Below, one piece after another: positions 28,288 to 38,952 of a stretch of 64,000 bases of DNA. This DNA comes from Desulfatiglandales bacterium. GTDB lineage: Bacteria > Desulfobacterota > DSM-4660 > Desulfatiglandales > HGW-15. The DNA lies in contig CAXXJJ010000004.1 in the NCBI GenBank assembly GCA_963667015.2, forward strand, positions 1,760,001 to 1,824,000. Reading direction: 5' to 3'. The notes beneath the pieces are model-generated. The model ran no database searches, was not told the origin of the DNA, and was given only the letters and a program-made list of their open reading frames with translations. The position numbers were made by a program, and so were the translations under genes. Positions within the stretch are counted from its first letter, which is position 1; each line of letters opens with the position of its first letter.

Positions 28288-29142
28288 ATGACGGATAAAA
28301 TAATTGCCATTGATTGCAGTCCACCGGTCATGAATGTAATAAATGATATTTTCGGCAATACTGCCTCACTGGAGACCGAATCCTTTAAAAATATCCGGGA
28401 ACTTAAAGACTACCGGATGATCATAATACAGGAAGGAATCGATAAATCGGAGATATTAAAGCGAATCCGAAAATTGAGATATGCCTGTTATTTCAGAAAT
28501 ATGCCTATTGTTGTTGTCAAGGCAAATGATTTTTCAGGTTCAATCGAATCATATATTACTGCCGGAGCGACCGAAGTAATTACCCTGAATGATCCACCCG
28601 CAGCCATCCGGCCGATACTCATGGGTCATCTTATTCCCAGCCGTCAGCCTCTGAAAGAGGAGATGGAATATATTGATACCTTTATTAAGCACACATGTAA
28701 TGTTCTGAATACCGTTGCCTCGCTTGAGACATCTTTTGAGGAGGTATATTTCGCAAATGATTTTAAGATATTTGGAGATGTATCAGGTCTGATAGCCCTG
28801 ACAGGTAGCGCTGAGGGCATCCTTGGCATTACACTCTACTGGCCTCTGGCCCAGAAGATAATAGCCCGAATGATGGGTACAGAGATAGATAAGATAAATG
28901 CCGAGCTGATCCATGACGGAGTTGCTGAAATTATAAATATGATAGGCGGTTCAACTAAAAACGATTTTGTTGGAAAGCCATACCATTTTGAAATATCGCT
29001 GCCATCAGTAATCCTTGGAGGAGGCCACCAGCTGGGTCATGGAGAAAAGGGCCCGATAGCGGTACTTATTTTTAAAGTTGATTTTCAATATTTTGCATTA
29101 CAGATTTGCCTAAAGCCAAATAAAACCGGAGAAAGGCAGTAA
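28288..29142 (+). CDS. CheX-family phosphatase domain protein with a degenerate N-terminal receiver-like domain
   Basis: GDVSGLIALTG, DGVAEIINMIGG (ExxN), ISLPSVILG. Confidence 0.85.
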   Translation: MTDKIIAIDCSPPVMNVINDIFGNTASLETESFKNIRELKDYRMIIIQEGIDKSEILKRIRKLRYACYFRNMPIVVVKANDFSGSIESYITAGATEVITLNDPPAAIRPILMGHLIPSRQPLKEEMEYIDTFIKHTCNVLNTVASLETSFEEVYFANDFKIFGDVSGLIALTGSAEGILGITLYWPLAQKIIARMMGTEIDKINAELIHDGVAEIINMIGGSTKNDFVGKPYHFEISLPSVILGGGHQLGHGEKGPIAVLIFKVDFQYFALQICLKPNKTGERQ

Positions 29143-29221
29143 AATTAAATCTGTTTTCAGTTCATGGCATCCCTTATCATGTTTTTTAAATTGATTAAAG
29201 GCATGCCAAATCCCTTAAACA

Positions 29222-31042
29222 ATGAACGATAAAAAGAACATACTATTTATAAACCGCGATGAGAATTTTTTAAAAGAGATCGCGGATTCACTGTCCATGA
29301 AAGGATATACTGTATCAACAGCGATGGATATGAGAGAGGTACTGTCCACTCTGTCTTCCGCTGTTGTGGAGTTGATTCTGTGTGACAATAAATTAAGGGA
29401 TGTGAATGGTTACGATTTATTACGCTTTCTTAAAAACGACCCCTTAAGGGAAAAAATCCCCTTTGTTTTCTGCGTCCCATTGCATGACCAGGGCAGTGCA
29501 AAAAAGGCATTTGAGGACGGGGCAACCGATTTTATAGTATATCCCCTGGATCATGAAGAAATTGCTTCCCGTGTAAATGAAATATGCGGGCCACCCGAAA
29601 ACGGAAACAGGGAAAGTAATACGCAATCAGACCAGGATATGAACTTCAGCGCCACCCAGATGGTAAAGAGTATCCCGGATAAGGATACGGAAAAACGGGA
29701 AGACAAAAGGGCTGCCCTCCTCCGGATCTTAAAGGTTGAGATATCAAGGAATGGTATCCTCTGGATACCGGGCCAGATAAAAAATATAAGCACCAAAGGG
29801 ATGTTTCTGAAGACCTCAATGCTTGGGAAAGCCGGAGTGGAACTGTATGTAAGGGTTCCATTGCAATCAGGAACCGCGGTTGTCAAAGGCTCCATTAAAC
29901 ACATTACATTTAAAAATCTTAAGGCCACAGATGATGCAGGTATAGGGGTTGAAATAGAAAAAAGTTCGGAATGGCTTGAATACCTGAAATACATAAAATC
30001 TCATCTTCAGAAGGGCAGCGCAGAAGTGACTCCGCCAGTCCCTGTTCAGACGCCTCAATCTGTTAATACCCCTGAGCGTACCATTATTATGACCAGTGGT
30101 AATGATGGTGCAGATGAAATAGACAGTTCCCGGAAAAATAAAGGAACCTCCTTCGAAGAAAGATTTTACAACAGCCTGATAGGCAAGCAGTTCAACAACT
30201 ACAAGGTTGTTTCACTTATCGGTTCCGGGGCAATGGGAGGTGTATTTGAAGGCTGGGATATCGCCCTTGAAAGGGCTGTTGCACTCAAAGTTATATCCTT
30301 TGAGCTCTCGGCTCAGGAAAAATTCAGGGAGATGTTTATCAAGGAAGCCCGCTTTATCTCCCAGCTTGATAATCCGAACATCGCTTCAATATATCATATT
30401 GGCAATGAAAATCAGATCCTTTATTTCGCCATGGAGTATATTGAAGGCTCCTCAATGGCCGATCTAATCAAGAAAGAAGTGAAACTGAACACAATAAAGG
30501 GACTGGATTATTTTATTACCATATGTGAAGCCCTGGATTTCATGAGTCAGAAAAGCATTATCCACAGGGATTTAAAACCTGCAAATATAATGATTACTAA
30601 ACAGGGGATTCCAAAACTGGTTGATTTCGGCGTGGCATCAACCGTTGATGTGGAAGAGAAGATTAAAGAAGGCATAGTAGGCTCACCCTACTACATATCT
30701 CCTGATGCCATAAACAGTCTTCCACTGGATCAGAGAAGTGATATCTACTCCCTGGGAGCATCTTTCTATCATGCATTTACCGGTTTTACACCCTTTGATG
30801 GTAATTCAGCCGATGAAGTACTGCTTAAACACCTGAATGCGAAACCGGTCCCGTTAAGAAAGAGAAACCCAAAGGTTTCAAATGCACTGGGCAGGATTAT
30901 TGAAAAAATGATGGCCAAAAAGCCGGAAGACAGGTACCAGAATTATAATGATATTATCAAGGATCTGAAATCATTGAAGGCAAAGGCAAACACATTTGAA
31001 AAATTAAAAAATGCTACTCTGATCTTCAGGGTAAAAAAATAA
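29222..31042 (+). CDS. REC-PilZ-Ser/Thr protein kinase
   Basis: N-terminal receiver (LILCD); PilZ REDKR and NISTKG; Hanks kinase GSGAMG, VALK, HRDLKPAN, DFG, GSPYYISPD. Confidence 0.88.
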   Translation: MNDKKNILFINRDENFLKEIADSLSMKGYTVSTAMDMREVLSTLSSAVVELILCDNKLRDVNGYDLLRFLKNDPLREKIPFVFCVPLHDQGSAKKAFEDGATDFIVYPLDHEEIASRVNEICGPPENGNRESNTQSDQDMNFSATQMVKSIPDKDTEKREDKRAALLRILKVEISRNGILWIPGQIKNISTKGMFLKTSMLGKAGVELYVRVPLQSGTAVVKGSIKHITFKNLKATDDAGIGVEIEKSSEWLEYLKYIKSHLQKGSAEVTPPVPVQTPQSVNTPERTIIMTSGNDGADEIDSSRKNKGTSFEERFYNSLIGKQFNNYKVVSLIGSGAMGGVFEGWDIALERAVALKVISFELSAQEKFREMFIKEARFISQLDNPNIASIYHIGNENQILYFAMEYIEGSSMADLIKKEVKLNTIKGLDYFITICEALDFMSQKSIIHRDLKPANIMITKQGIPKLVDFGVASTVDVEEKIKEGIVGSPYYISPDAINSLPLDQRSDIYSLGASFYHAFTGFTPFDGNSADEVLLKHLNAKPVPLRKRNPKVSNALGRIIEKMMAKKPEDRYQNYNDIIKDLKSLKAKANTFEKLKNATLIFRVKK

Positions 31043-31119
31043 ATCGTCAGAGGGAATTAAATAAATTCTTTATTTAAACCTGGACATATAAATATCTATC
31101 TCACGTTGGAGCTGAAAAA

Positions 31120-32088
31120 TTGTACGTAAATGGTAATGCAACAAAAGAACAAAATCAGACTTTATTTGATCTTTTTAAAAAAATGGTTAAAAAAAATACG
31201 ATAGATATCGATCCCAGTCTTATTCCTAATGACAGATACAGGTTCGATAAGATACTTGGAAGAGGTGCAACAGGCCTTGTATACAAAGCATGGGACAAAC
31301 GCCGGAAAATGTTTGTTGCAGTGAAGGCCTCAAACAGGAGCCATGAGAGTTTTGTATCCGAGGCAAGGCTTGCCGGAAAGCTGAAACACGAAAATGTTGT
31401 ATCAATCTTTGATGCAAACGCAAACACGGACATCTCATATGTTGTCATGGAATATCTAGAGGGTGACACACTGAGCATATATTGCGACAGGCAGAACCTG
31501 CTGTCTTTGCCAGTGGTAAGCAAAACAATGATAGATATATGTAAAGGGCTGCATTGTGCCCATTCAATGGGTATTATTCACCGTGACATAAAGCCTTCAA
31601 ACATAATGATTACTAAAAATGGAATCCCCAAGATTACTGATTTCGGGACTTCACAGATGATTGACGGTACCCAGCCCATGGGATTTCTTGGAACACCAAG
31701 TTATGTAGCCCCGGAGCAACTGAAGGGCGATACCGCCCCAACCAAAGCAAGTGATATATTTTCACTGGGGTGTGTCCTTTATGAACTTCTTGAGGGTAAA
31801 AAGGCATTTGACGGAGAGAACTCATATGCCATCATGTACAAGGTCTCTAACGATAATCCTGAACCGCTCTCGCTGCTGGCTCCGCCTGTAGAGGCACTTT
31901 TCCGCCCTATCATTAAAAAGGCAATAGCCAAAAATGCTGAAGACAGGTACCAGGACTGCAGCGACCTTGCATATGACCTGAGCAAAACGCTTTCCTATTT
32001 ACACAGACATGAAAAGGCATATAAAAAACCATTATTTTCAAATCTTAAAGACCGCGTCAAGGATTGCTTACCAGGTATTTCACGATAG
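31120..32088 (+). CDS. Ser/Thr protein kinase
   Basis: GRGATG, VAVK, HRDIKPSN, DFG, GTPSYVAPE. Confidence 0.92.
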   Translation: MYVNGNATKEQNQTLFDLFKKMVKKNTIDIDPSLIPNDRYRFDKILGRGATGLVYKAWDKRRKMFVAVKASNRSHESFVSEARLAGKLKHENVVSIFDANANTDISYVVMEYLEGDTLSIYCDRQNLLSLPVVSKTMIDICKGLHCAHSMGIIHRDIKPSNIMITKNGIPKITDFGTSQMIDGTQPMGFLGTPSYVAPEQLKGDTAPTKASDIFSLGCVLYELLEGKKAFDGENSYAIMYKVSNDNPEPLSLLAPPVEALFRPIIKKAIAKNAEDRYQDCSDLAYDLSKTLSYLHRHEKAYKKPLFSNLKDRVKDCLPGISR

Positions 32089-32518
32089 TAAGGACATAAG
32101 ATTTCCAATTTCATTAAAGAGAATTTGTAAGTTAATGTCTTTCATATTTTAGTATACTACTTATCCTTTACCAGGCGGATTTAAATAATAAAATCATTAC
32201 AATATAGTTAAAGCTTATGCAGGATATGTGTTTATCCAGACAAGCCTCGGCAGAAAACACAACTTCCGCATAAACTCATTTTGACATAGTTAATTCAATG
32301 GGTTAACATGTAAAACGTGTAATTTTTGAAGGTCCTTAGCCAGATTAATTGAGGAATGATATTACTGTATTCCTTTAAAAAATACACTGAGGACGATTTG
32401 ATTTATTTTTTTTATGTTTAAAAAGCAAAAATATTCAAGCAAGATTTAAAAGGATCTGTCATATGGAAAATCCGTAATGGATGGCCGAGGTCAACAGGAC
32501 CGGAAACGAGGAGGTCCC

Positions 32519-32980
32519 TTGAAAGAAATCCTATACATTGATGTACTTCAAAATATTGAGTCTCTTATTGAAGGAGAGACAGATATAATAGCGGTGATGT
32601 CAACAATATCCTGTGAATTATTTCATGCCTTTAAGCATTTTAACTGGGTCGGATTCTACAGGCGTGTTGACGAAAAAACATTGAAAGTAGGGCACTATCA
32701 AGGGACACACGGGTGCCTGAAAATAGATCTTGAAAACGGTGTGTGCGGGAAATGTGCAAGAGAAGGTGAGATCCAGATAGAAAATGATGTAAATGCAATA
32801 CCCCATCATATCGCCTGCTCTAGCGATACCAAATCCGAAATGGTTCTCCCGATAAAAGATCATGAAAATACTGTCAGGGCAGTATTGGATATCGACTCAA
32901 CAGAAATTAACAGTTTTGATGAGGTAGACAAAAAGTACCTTATGACTATATGCGAATACATTGGAGAGAGGTATAAATAA
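32519..32980 (+). CDS. GAF domain protein, free methionine-R-sulfoxide reductase (MsrC/YebR)-like
   Basis: FNWVGFY, YQGTHGC, GVCG, HIACSS..SEMVLP, VLDIDS. TTG start after GAGGAGG. Confidence 0.85.
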   Translation: MKEILYIDVLQNIESLIEGETDIIAVMSTISCELFHAFKHFNWVGFYRRVDEKTLKVGHYQGTHGCLKIDLENGVCGKCAREGEIQIENDVNAIPHHIACSSDTKSEMVLPIKDHENTVRAVLDIDSTEINSFDEVDKKYLMTICEYIGERYK

Positions 32981-33034
32981 TCATCCATTCAATAGGATGG
33001 CAACTGGGATATTAAATAGAGGAAACCCATTAAA

Positions 33035-33625
33035 ATGAAAAATTTTTTTCTTTGTTTTGTTCCATTTTTTATCGCGGTTGATGCAATCGGAGTTCTGCCA
33101 ATCTTTCTGGGATTAACAGAAGGTCTCGGCCCAAAACACAGGAAAAAAATTATTTTCCAGTCAGTTATAACTGCCTCAGTAGTGGCAGTTGCTTTTCTTC
33201 TCGGAGGACCTTTACTTCTTAGAGTTGTAGGAGTAGGGGTTTCTGATTTTATGGTTTCCGGAGGGATTTTACTTCTCGTAATATCTTTTTCCGATTTATT
33301 AACAGGAGAAAAACGCCAGCGCGCAGTAGATGCAGAAACAATCGGCGCTGTTCCGATAGGCGTTCCTATACTAACCGGGCCGGCAGTATTAACTACTTCG
33401 ATACTTATGACCAATGAATATGGGACTATTTTAACAACTCTGGCATTACTGGCAAATTTTCTTATTGTCGGTGTCGTGTTTTTTATGGCCTCTAAAATTG
33501 AACGTGTCCTGGGACAGGTTGGAAGCAAAACCGTTTCCAAAGTAGCGAGCTTATTTTTAGCCTCCATAGCGGTGATGCTGATTCGCCGGGGTATTCTGGA
33601 GATTATTGAAGCAGGCATAAAATAA
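33035..33625 (+). CDS. MarC family membrane protein
   Basis: VDAIGVLPIF, SGGILL, VPIGVPILTGPA. Confidence 0.92.
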   Translation: MKNFFLCFVPFFIAVDAIGVLPIFLGLTEGLGPKHRKKIIFQSVITASVVAVAFLLGGPLLLRVVGVGVSDFMVSGGILLLVISFSDLLTGEKRQRAVDAETIGAVPIGVPILTGPAVLTTSILMTNEYGTILTTLALLANFLIVGVVFFMASKIERVLGQVGSKTVSKVASLFLASIAVMLIRRGILEIIEAGIK

Positions 33626-33637
33626 AGAGAGAATTAA

Positions 33638-33955
33638 ATGAAAACCTTTTCAGACAAAGTGTATGACCTATTAAGGAAGGTTCCCGAAGGACATGTGACA
33701 ACCTATAAAGAACTGGCAAATGCGCTGGGGACAAAAGCCTACAGAGGGGTCGGACAGGCTATGAAAAGAAACCCCTATGCACCCGAGGTCCCATGTCACC
33801 GGGTTGTTGCGACATCCGGTAAAATTGGCGGATTTCAGGGAAATACATCCGGTGCATCCATACAGAGAAAAATAAGGATGCTTAAAGCAGAAGGAATCGA
33901 GTTCGAGGACGGTAGAATAAAGAATTTTGAAAAAGTCCTCTTCAGATTTTCCTGA
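33638..33955 (+). CDS. MGMT-family methylated-DNA--protein-cysteine methyltransferase (C-terminal domain only)
   Basis: KVPEGHVTTY..YRGVGQA..NP..PCHRVV. Confidence 0.88.
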   Translation: MKTFSDKVYDLLRKVPEGHVTTYKELANALGTKAYRGVGQAMKRNPYAPEVPCHRVVATSGKIGGFQGNTSGASIQRKIRMLKAEGIEFEDGRIKNFEKVLFRFS

Positions 33956-34025
33956 TCCTAAAAACTGCAGCTAAGGATATATAAGATTCCCGGTAATTGA
34001 TTACGGTAAAGAGGGTATAAGATAG

Positions 34026-34475
34026 ATGGTTATAAATTACTCAAATTATATTATTATCTGTCTTGCTATTGCACTGCTATTATGCATGAGCAACTGTTCG
34101 CCTGCTTCCGAAGAACAGGTCGAAACAGCAGCATCAGAAGTGGAGGCCCGTGAGATCGCCTTTGCAAAAACCATGGCAGATCGTGATTTTGATGCATTCC
34201 TGGGTTTCATATCTCCTGAAGCCGTATTTTTCAGCGGCAACAAACCCATAACAGGACGTGATGCCGTTGGCAAGGCATGGGCAAAATACTTTGAGGGTGA
34301 GACAGCACCCTTCTCATGGCAACCCGATGTAGTTGAAGTACTTGAGTCCAGTCGACTTGCTCTCACTTCCGGCCCAGTCCGGGCGGCATCCGGAGAAATG
34401 ATAGGGAGATTCAACTCCATCTGGAGAAGGGATGAAGACGGCCAGTGGCGTGTAGTATTTGATAAAGGTTCATAA
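34026..34475 (+). CDS. NTF2-like / DUF4440 exported protein
   Basis: AFAKTMADRD..FSWQPD..RFNSIWR..WRVVFDKG. Confidence 0.85.
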   Translation: MVINYSNYIIICLAIALLLCMSNCSPASEEQVETAASEVEAREIAFAKTMADRDFDAFLGFISPEAVFFSGNKPITGRDAVGKAWAKYFEGETAPFSWQPDVVEVLESSRLALTSGPVRAASGEMIGRFNSIWRRDEDGQWRVVFDKGS

Positions 34476-34523
34476 CTGCATCAAAACTACTATTGATCAC
34501 ATTTAATTTAAAAGAAGCTTCTG

Positions 34524-35699
34524 TTATTTATTCGATATTTCTCTTAGCCTGGCAATTTTTGATTCATAAAGCAGCCGGCTATTCTCATTTTCTGTAAGGT
34601 GGGCAGCCTGCTTCAGGCTTTCTTCCGCATCATCCCGTCTTCCCAGCCTGGCATATATCTTTGCCGCCAGAAAATGAAAGCGGTACTCCTTTTTATATCT
34701 GTCAATTGCCCATATAATATTTTTCAGTGCAAGCTCCGGCTGATTGTCATCAAGCAGCTTCTCGGCCAGATAATAGCGGTAGTAAGGATTCTTCATACGG
34801 GATCGTTCTGCTTCCTGCTTGTAGTAATTCGCCAGTTCAGCATTATCCTGTAATACATAGAGACGCTGAAGATTACTGATAGCGGTGAGTTCGGATGAAT
34901 CCAGTTCCAGTGAACGCAAAAAGGCTGACTCAGCTTCCTTATGATGGCCGTAGCGAAGATATAGAACTCCCATATTAACCCATAAAAAAGCCTGATCCGG
35001 CTGTAGCATCAGAGCCTTTTTAAAATAAAGAAAAGCGTTCTCCATATCATTGATCTTGAGATAATCTGTTCCCCTGTTGTTGTAGTAATGGGCTTCGGCT
35101 GCGGTATCAGAAATTCTGTACTGCGGATAACTGTTGTCATACTCTTCTATATCAAGATCCAATACCATACGCTTGCCGCCCACCCTTGTCAGGACATTCA
35201 CATGACGCAATAGCACAACAGTCTGTTCAGTCTGAATGTCCCAAGTGGACGGAATATGGACCTCGTTAAACTGCATCTTCAGGCCCAGCTCTCTACTCAG
35301 AGCTGTCATCATTATGGCATATGATATGCAGTTTCCCTGTCTGTGATGAAAGGAATCCGATGCACTGTATGTTTTAAAAGGATCATATTCCCATCCTAAT
35401 AGCGTTTTATCCATCACTGCTTCTATCAGCTTCTTGAGTTTTGAATAATTACCACCATCTGGAATATGCATCTTTAAAAAATCGCTCATTTCCGGTGTTA
35501 TCTCAAAGATATCGTCCTCAGGCAAAGATAACCCTATAGCACTGTCTCCCAGCAGGGTTTCACCACTGAGGACCCGGGTCAGCAGGACCCGGGTAGGTTC
35601 TGAATGGGGTTGGACTGTCCGGCATCCGCAATAAATCCATGCAAGACATATTGCCATCAACAGGAATGATGCGTATTGTCTGAAATATTTATTGTTCAT
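34524..35699 (-). CDS. Transglutaminase-like plus TPR exported protein
   Basis: GNCISYA (Cys), HVNV (His), DLD (Asp); TPR helices such as HYYNNRG and WVNMGVLY. Confidence 0.8.
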   Translation of the reverse strand: MNNKYFRQYASFLLMAICLAWIYCGCRTVQPHSEPTRVLLTRVLSGETLLGDSAIGLSLPEDDIFEITPEMSDFLKMHIPDGGNYSKLKKLIEAVMDKTLLGWEYDPFKTYSASDSFHHRQGNCISYAIMMTALSRELGLKMQFNEVHIPSTWDIQTEQTVVLLRHVNVLTRVGGKRMVLDLDIEEYDNSYPQYRISDTAAEAHYYNNRGTDYLKINDMENAFLYFKKALMLQPDQAFLWVNMGVLYLRYGHHKEAESAFLRSLELDSSELTAISNLQRLYVLQDNAELANYYKQEAERSRMKNPYYRYYLAEKLLDDNQPELALKNIIWAIDRYKKEYRFHFLAAKIYARLGRRDDAEESLKQAAHLTENENSRLLYESKIARLREISNK

Positions 35700-35840
35700 T
35701 ATAATCCCAAGTATAAAAGCCGAGGGTAGAGATAATGTTAGCAGATTAAAAAGTCATTGGAAAGGGAGAATATTCCTTGAAAATAAAAAAGGCAGCAGGT
35801 CCGAAAACCCGCTTCCTATTTATTTACGCTTTAGCGTGAG

Positions 35841-35870
35841 AAAAAGACGGGGCGCCAAAAGCACCCCGTC
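35841..35870 (-). terminator. Intrinsic terminator of the TonB-dependent receptor
   Basis: Minus strand GACGGGGTGC-TTTTG-GCGCCCCGTC-TTTTT. Confidence 0.85.
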
Positions 35871-35897
35871 CATTCGGTCTAACGAGAAAAGTTATTA

Positions 35898-38699
35898 CTA
35901 AAATTCATAGGTAGCGCTAACAAAAAGCCTGCGACCGATCACGTCGTACAAACCAGGCTCCGTATTGGCGTTGAACTGGCTGTGGAAATACGGTGGATCT
36001 TTATCAAGCACGTTGTTGATACCCGCAGTGATACGGAGTTGATTCCAGATGTAAGTACCTACCAGGTCGGTATAGAGCATGGCTTCCGCCTTTGCGTCGG
36101 AAGTTGTTGACGGCGCACGCCACAGGTCGTCGCACTCGGACAACCAACGGAAGATCAGATCCGCGCTCCAGGATGAGCCTGCGAGTCCTAAGTCGGTGGT
36201 CGCTCTCCATTCCGGGAATACGCCAAAGCCGTCCGCGGTCCCAGCCTGTTCAATCTGTGAATCCAGGTTGGTTCCGGACTTGTAGCTCATCAGGTAGGTG
36301 ACGTCTACTTTTGCGTTGAATCCAAGGCCGTTGCGTAAATCTTTACTGAAGCTCGCCGAGAAGTCGATACCATCGGTTTCCAGGGTTCCCAGGTTACCGT
36401 ACTCGGTTAAAAGGTCACCCGCCGCCACACCCCAGTATTGAATCGGATCCCAAACGGCACAAGCCGCTGAGGTGGACATATCCTCGGAAGCCAGACACTG
36501 GTTGAACAGGGCATTGGCGTTCGGTACATCGATTACGTCTTCAACCTCTACATTCCAGTAGTCAGTACTGAAGACCAGACCGCCACCAAGAACATCCATA
36601 TTCCACACGAATCCAAACGTGAAGTTGTCGGAATTCTCAGGTTTAAGTGGTGACGACGGAGCCAAATAGTTCTGGGTGGACTGCCATTGGCCACCAAATT
36701 CACCGGCATCGGTCGTATCCATGCCAATGGCCTGGCAGTTATCGTAGAGGGTCTGGGAGATTTCACCCGCTGCAAGTGCGCGATCGCCAAATTCACAGGG
36801 GTTGTTTACTACCGGGAACGTGGTGCTGCCTGTGTCGTTCAGCTCGGCGATGTTAGGTGCACGGAAGCCCGTACCGATGGTGCCTCTCAGGCGGAAGCCG
36901 TCGAAAGCCTCCCAATCCGCACCCAGCTTCCAGGTCGTCTTGGAAGAGTCAACGGAGTCATAGTCGGACCAGCGGAAAGAAGCATCAAAGCTCAATACAT
37001 CCAGGACTGGAAACAGCATTTCGCCATAGACCTCGTCTGCCGTAAATGCCCCTTCCAGCGGGTCGGTGGCACCACCGGTCGTCAAGCCTGAGGCGATAAA
37101 CTCGTCTGGTGAGTAAGTGCCACTCTCACGACGATGCATGTACCCTGCAGCCCACCCTATGTTGCCACCATCCAGTTCGGACAATTCACCGGTCAGGTTC
37201 AGTTCAACCATCTTGAGGCTGGAGTTGTAGAGGTCTTTAAGCGAGCCAGTCGTCAGATAGCTCATCTGTGCCGGGGTGATGGTGCCGTAATCCCCAAACG
37301 GGTTCAGCACGCCGGCAGCGGCACAGTCGGCATCGGCAGCACAGGCCACCGGGTCCACAGCGGTGGCCCAATGGTCGAAACGGCCGTAATTGAGGGTTTC
37401 GTCAACCGTCTGCGTTTCGGCCCAGGTATAGGCGACATCCCACTTGAACAGGTCTTCCAGCTCACCCCTAACACCCCATACCATACGGTACTGGTCGGCC
37501 TTCTGGGAAAATATTCGCCCACCGGATTCGACAAACCGACGATTGACACGCACGTCAATGCCGCACACATCGGCGTCATTCGAGCAAGCGACACTGCCGA
37601 ACGGGTTATACGGGTTATTGGCAGGAACAAAGTCGTTATTCTGCGTCCCGTTGTTGGGCGTTTCGACATCCGCGGCATTAAAAGATGCATCGGGCGCCAG
37701 CCTCTGGTGCGAGGTCCTGCGCGTGTACATGCCTTCGAAATAGACCTCCGTATTTTCAGCGATTTCGTACTTGCCCATAGTCGCGAACTGATAACGCTCG
37801 TTGGGCTGTGTCAAGGCGTTGACCAATGAATAGTTATATGAATCGGTGGTGGCGGAATACCGACGCGCCGTTCCAAGGGCCGTGTCATAAGTCCAGCTAC
37901 CAGCCGCATCACCAGAATCGACTCGAATCGTGCGGCTGTTCGACGAACCGGTGCCATAGAGTTTAAATGTGCCGTCTGGCTCGAGCAATGGATAAAACGA
38001 ATCAGCGGCCCAGTCACGCTCGCCCTGCAGCAACTCTTTCTGCTTGGACCAGGACATCGAGAAGACGATGTGGCCCCTGTCATTGCCGGCACCAGCGAGC
38101 ATGGATATGCCATAATTTTCGGCATCCCATTCCTGGGTTCCGGCGCCGTAATCGGTCGTGATACGCACTCCTTCGAACTCGTCATCGAGGACAAAGTTGA
38201 CCACGCCGGCGATGGCGTCTGATCCATAAATACTGGATGCCCCATCTGTCAGCACGTCTACCCGTTTGATCATGGCTTCCGGGATGGTGTTGATATCCAC
38301 TGCACCATCATAGGTTGCGTCACCAATGGTCCTGCGGCCGTTGACCAGGACCAGTGTGCGGTTGAAACCCAGACCGCGTACGTCGATCTTCGTTTGACCC
38401 TGGTCACTACCGTTATTGGTCGATTTGCCCATCTGGTAGCCGGTGAACTGCGGGACATATTTCAGGAATTCGTCAACACTGCTGTTACCCGACAGGGTGA
38501 TGTCCTGTTCGTCGAACACGGCCAGCGGGCTCGAGGACGAAAACCCTTGCCTGGCGATCCTTGAACCGGTAACAACAATCTCTTCAAGCATTACTTCATC
38601 TGTGCTGGCATCATCTTGAGCCAGAACGATTGTCCCGCCACTAAACAGCATGGCGAAACCCATCAATAAAACAATAAACATCCGCTGCTTTTTCATCAT
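35898..38699 (-). CDS. TonB-dependent receptor
   Basis: EEIVVTGSRI TonB box; RGLG..RTLVLVNGRR, DGASSIYGSDAIAGVVN plug; C-terminal YEF. Confidence 0.96.
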   Translation of the reverse strand: MMKKQRMFIVLLMGFAMLFSGGTIVLAQDDASTDEVMLEEIVVTGSRIARQGFSSSSPLAVFDEQDITLSGNSSVDEFLKYVPQFTGYQMGKSTNNGSDQGQTKIDVRGLGFNRTLVLVNGRRTIGDATYDGAVDINTIPEAMIKRVDVLTDGASSIYGSDAIAGVVNFVLDDEFEGVRITTDYGAGTQEWDAENYGISMLAGAGNDRGHIVFSMSWSKQKELLQGERDWAADSFYPLLEPDGTFKLYGTGSSNSRTIRVDSGDAAGSWTYDTALGTARRYSATTDSYNYSLVNALTQPNERYQFATMGKYEIAENTEVYFEGMYTRRTSHQRLAPDASFNAADVETPNNGTQNNDFVPANNPYNPFGSVACSNDADVCGIDVRVNRRFVESGGRIFSQKADQYRMVWGVRGELEDLFKWDVAYTWAETQTVDETLNYGRFDHWATAVDPVACAADADCAAAGVLNPFGDYGTITPAQMSYLTTGSLKDLYNSSLKMVELNLTGELSELDGGNIGWAAGYMHRRESGTYSPDEFIASGLTTGGATDPLEGAFTADEVYGEMLFPVLDVLSFDASFRWSDYDSVDSSKTTWKLGADWEAFDGFRLRGTIGTGFRAPNIAELNDTGSTTFPVVNNPCEFGDRALAAGEISQTLYDNCQAIGMDTTDAGEFGGQWQSTQNYLAPSSPLKPENSDNFTFGFVWNMDVLGGGLVFSTDYWNVEVEDVIDVPNANALFNQCLASEDMSTSAACAVWDPIQYWGVAAGDLLTEYGNLGTLETDGIDFSASFSKDLRNGLGFNAKVDVTYLMSYKSGTNLDSQIEQAGTADGFGVFPEWRATTDLGLAGSSWSADLIFRWLSECDDLWRAPSTTSDAKAEAMLYTDLVGTYIWNQLRITAGINNVLDKDPPYFHSQFNANTEPGLYDVIGRRLFVSATYEF

Positions 38700-38952
38700 C
38701 TAATTTCCTCCCTTTCAAAATAAGATTTTTGGTAAACAGCACTCTAATTCTAGTTATAAAGTGAATCAAATTTTAACAGATATGACAAAATTAGCGTTTA
38801 ATGTCAAGGGATTACATAGTTTTAAAAAAAATCTTCTATACCAAAATGTAATTAAAGCAGCATAGCCATATTTCACAAATTTGTTGAAGCAGAGATTTGC
38901 AGAAAAAACAAAGGCTAGCCCGGAAGTCTCTCTTACCAGGGGGAGTATTCAG

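Noticed and set aside
32989..33618. 209-aa minus-strand ORF
   Set aside because: Antisense shadow of the MarC gene. The same applies to 20848..21429, 60776..61528 and similar track entries.
36004..38458. Many overlapping alternative ORFs inside the first TonB receptor
   Set aside because: Expected shadow ORFs of a GC-rich gene; no RBS or protein motifs.
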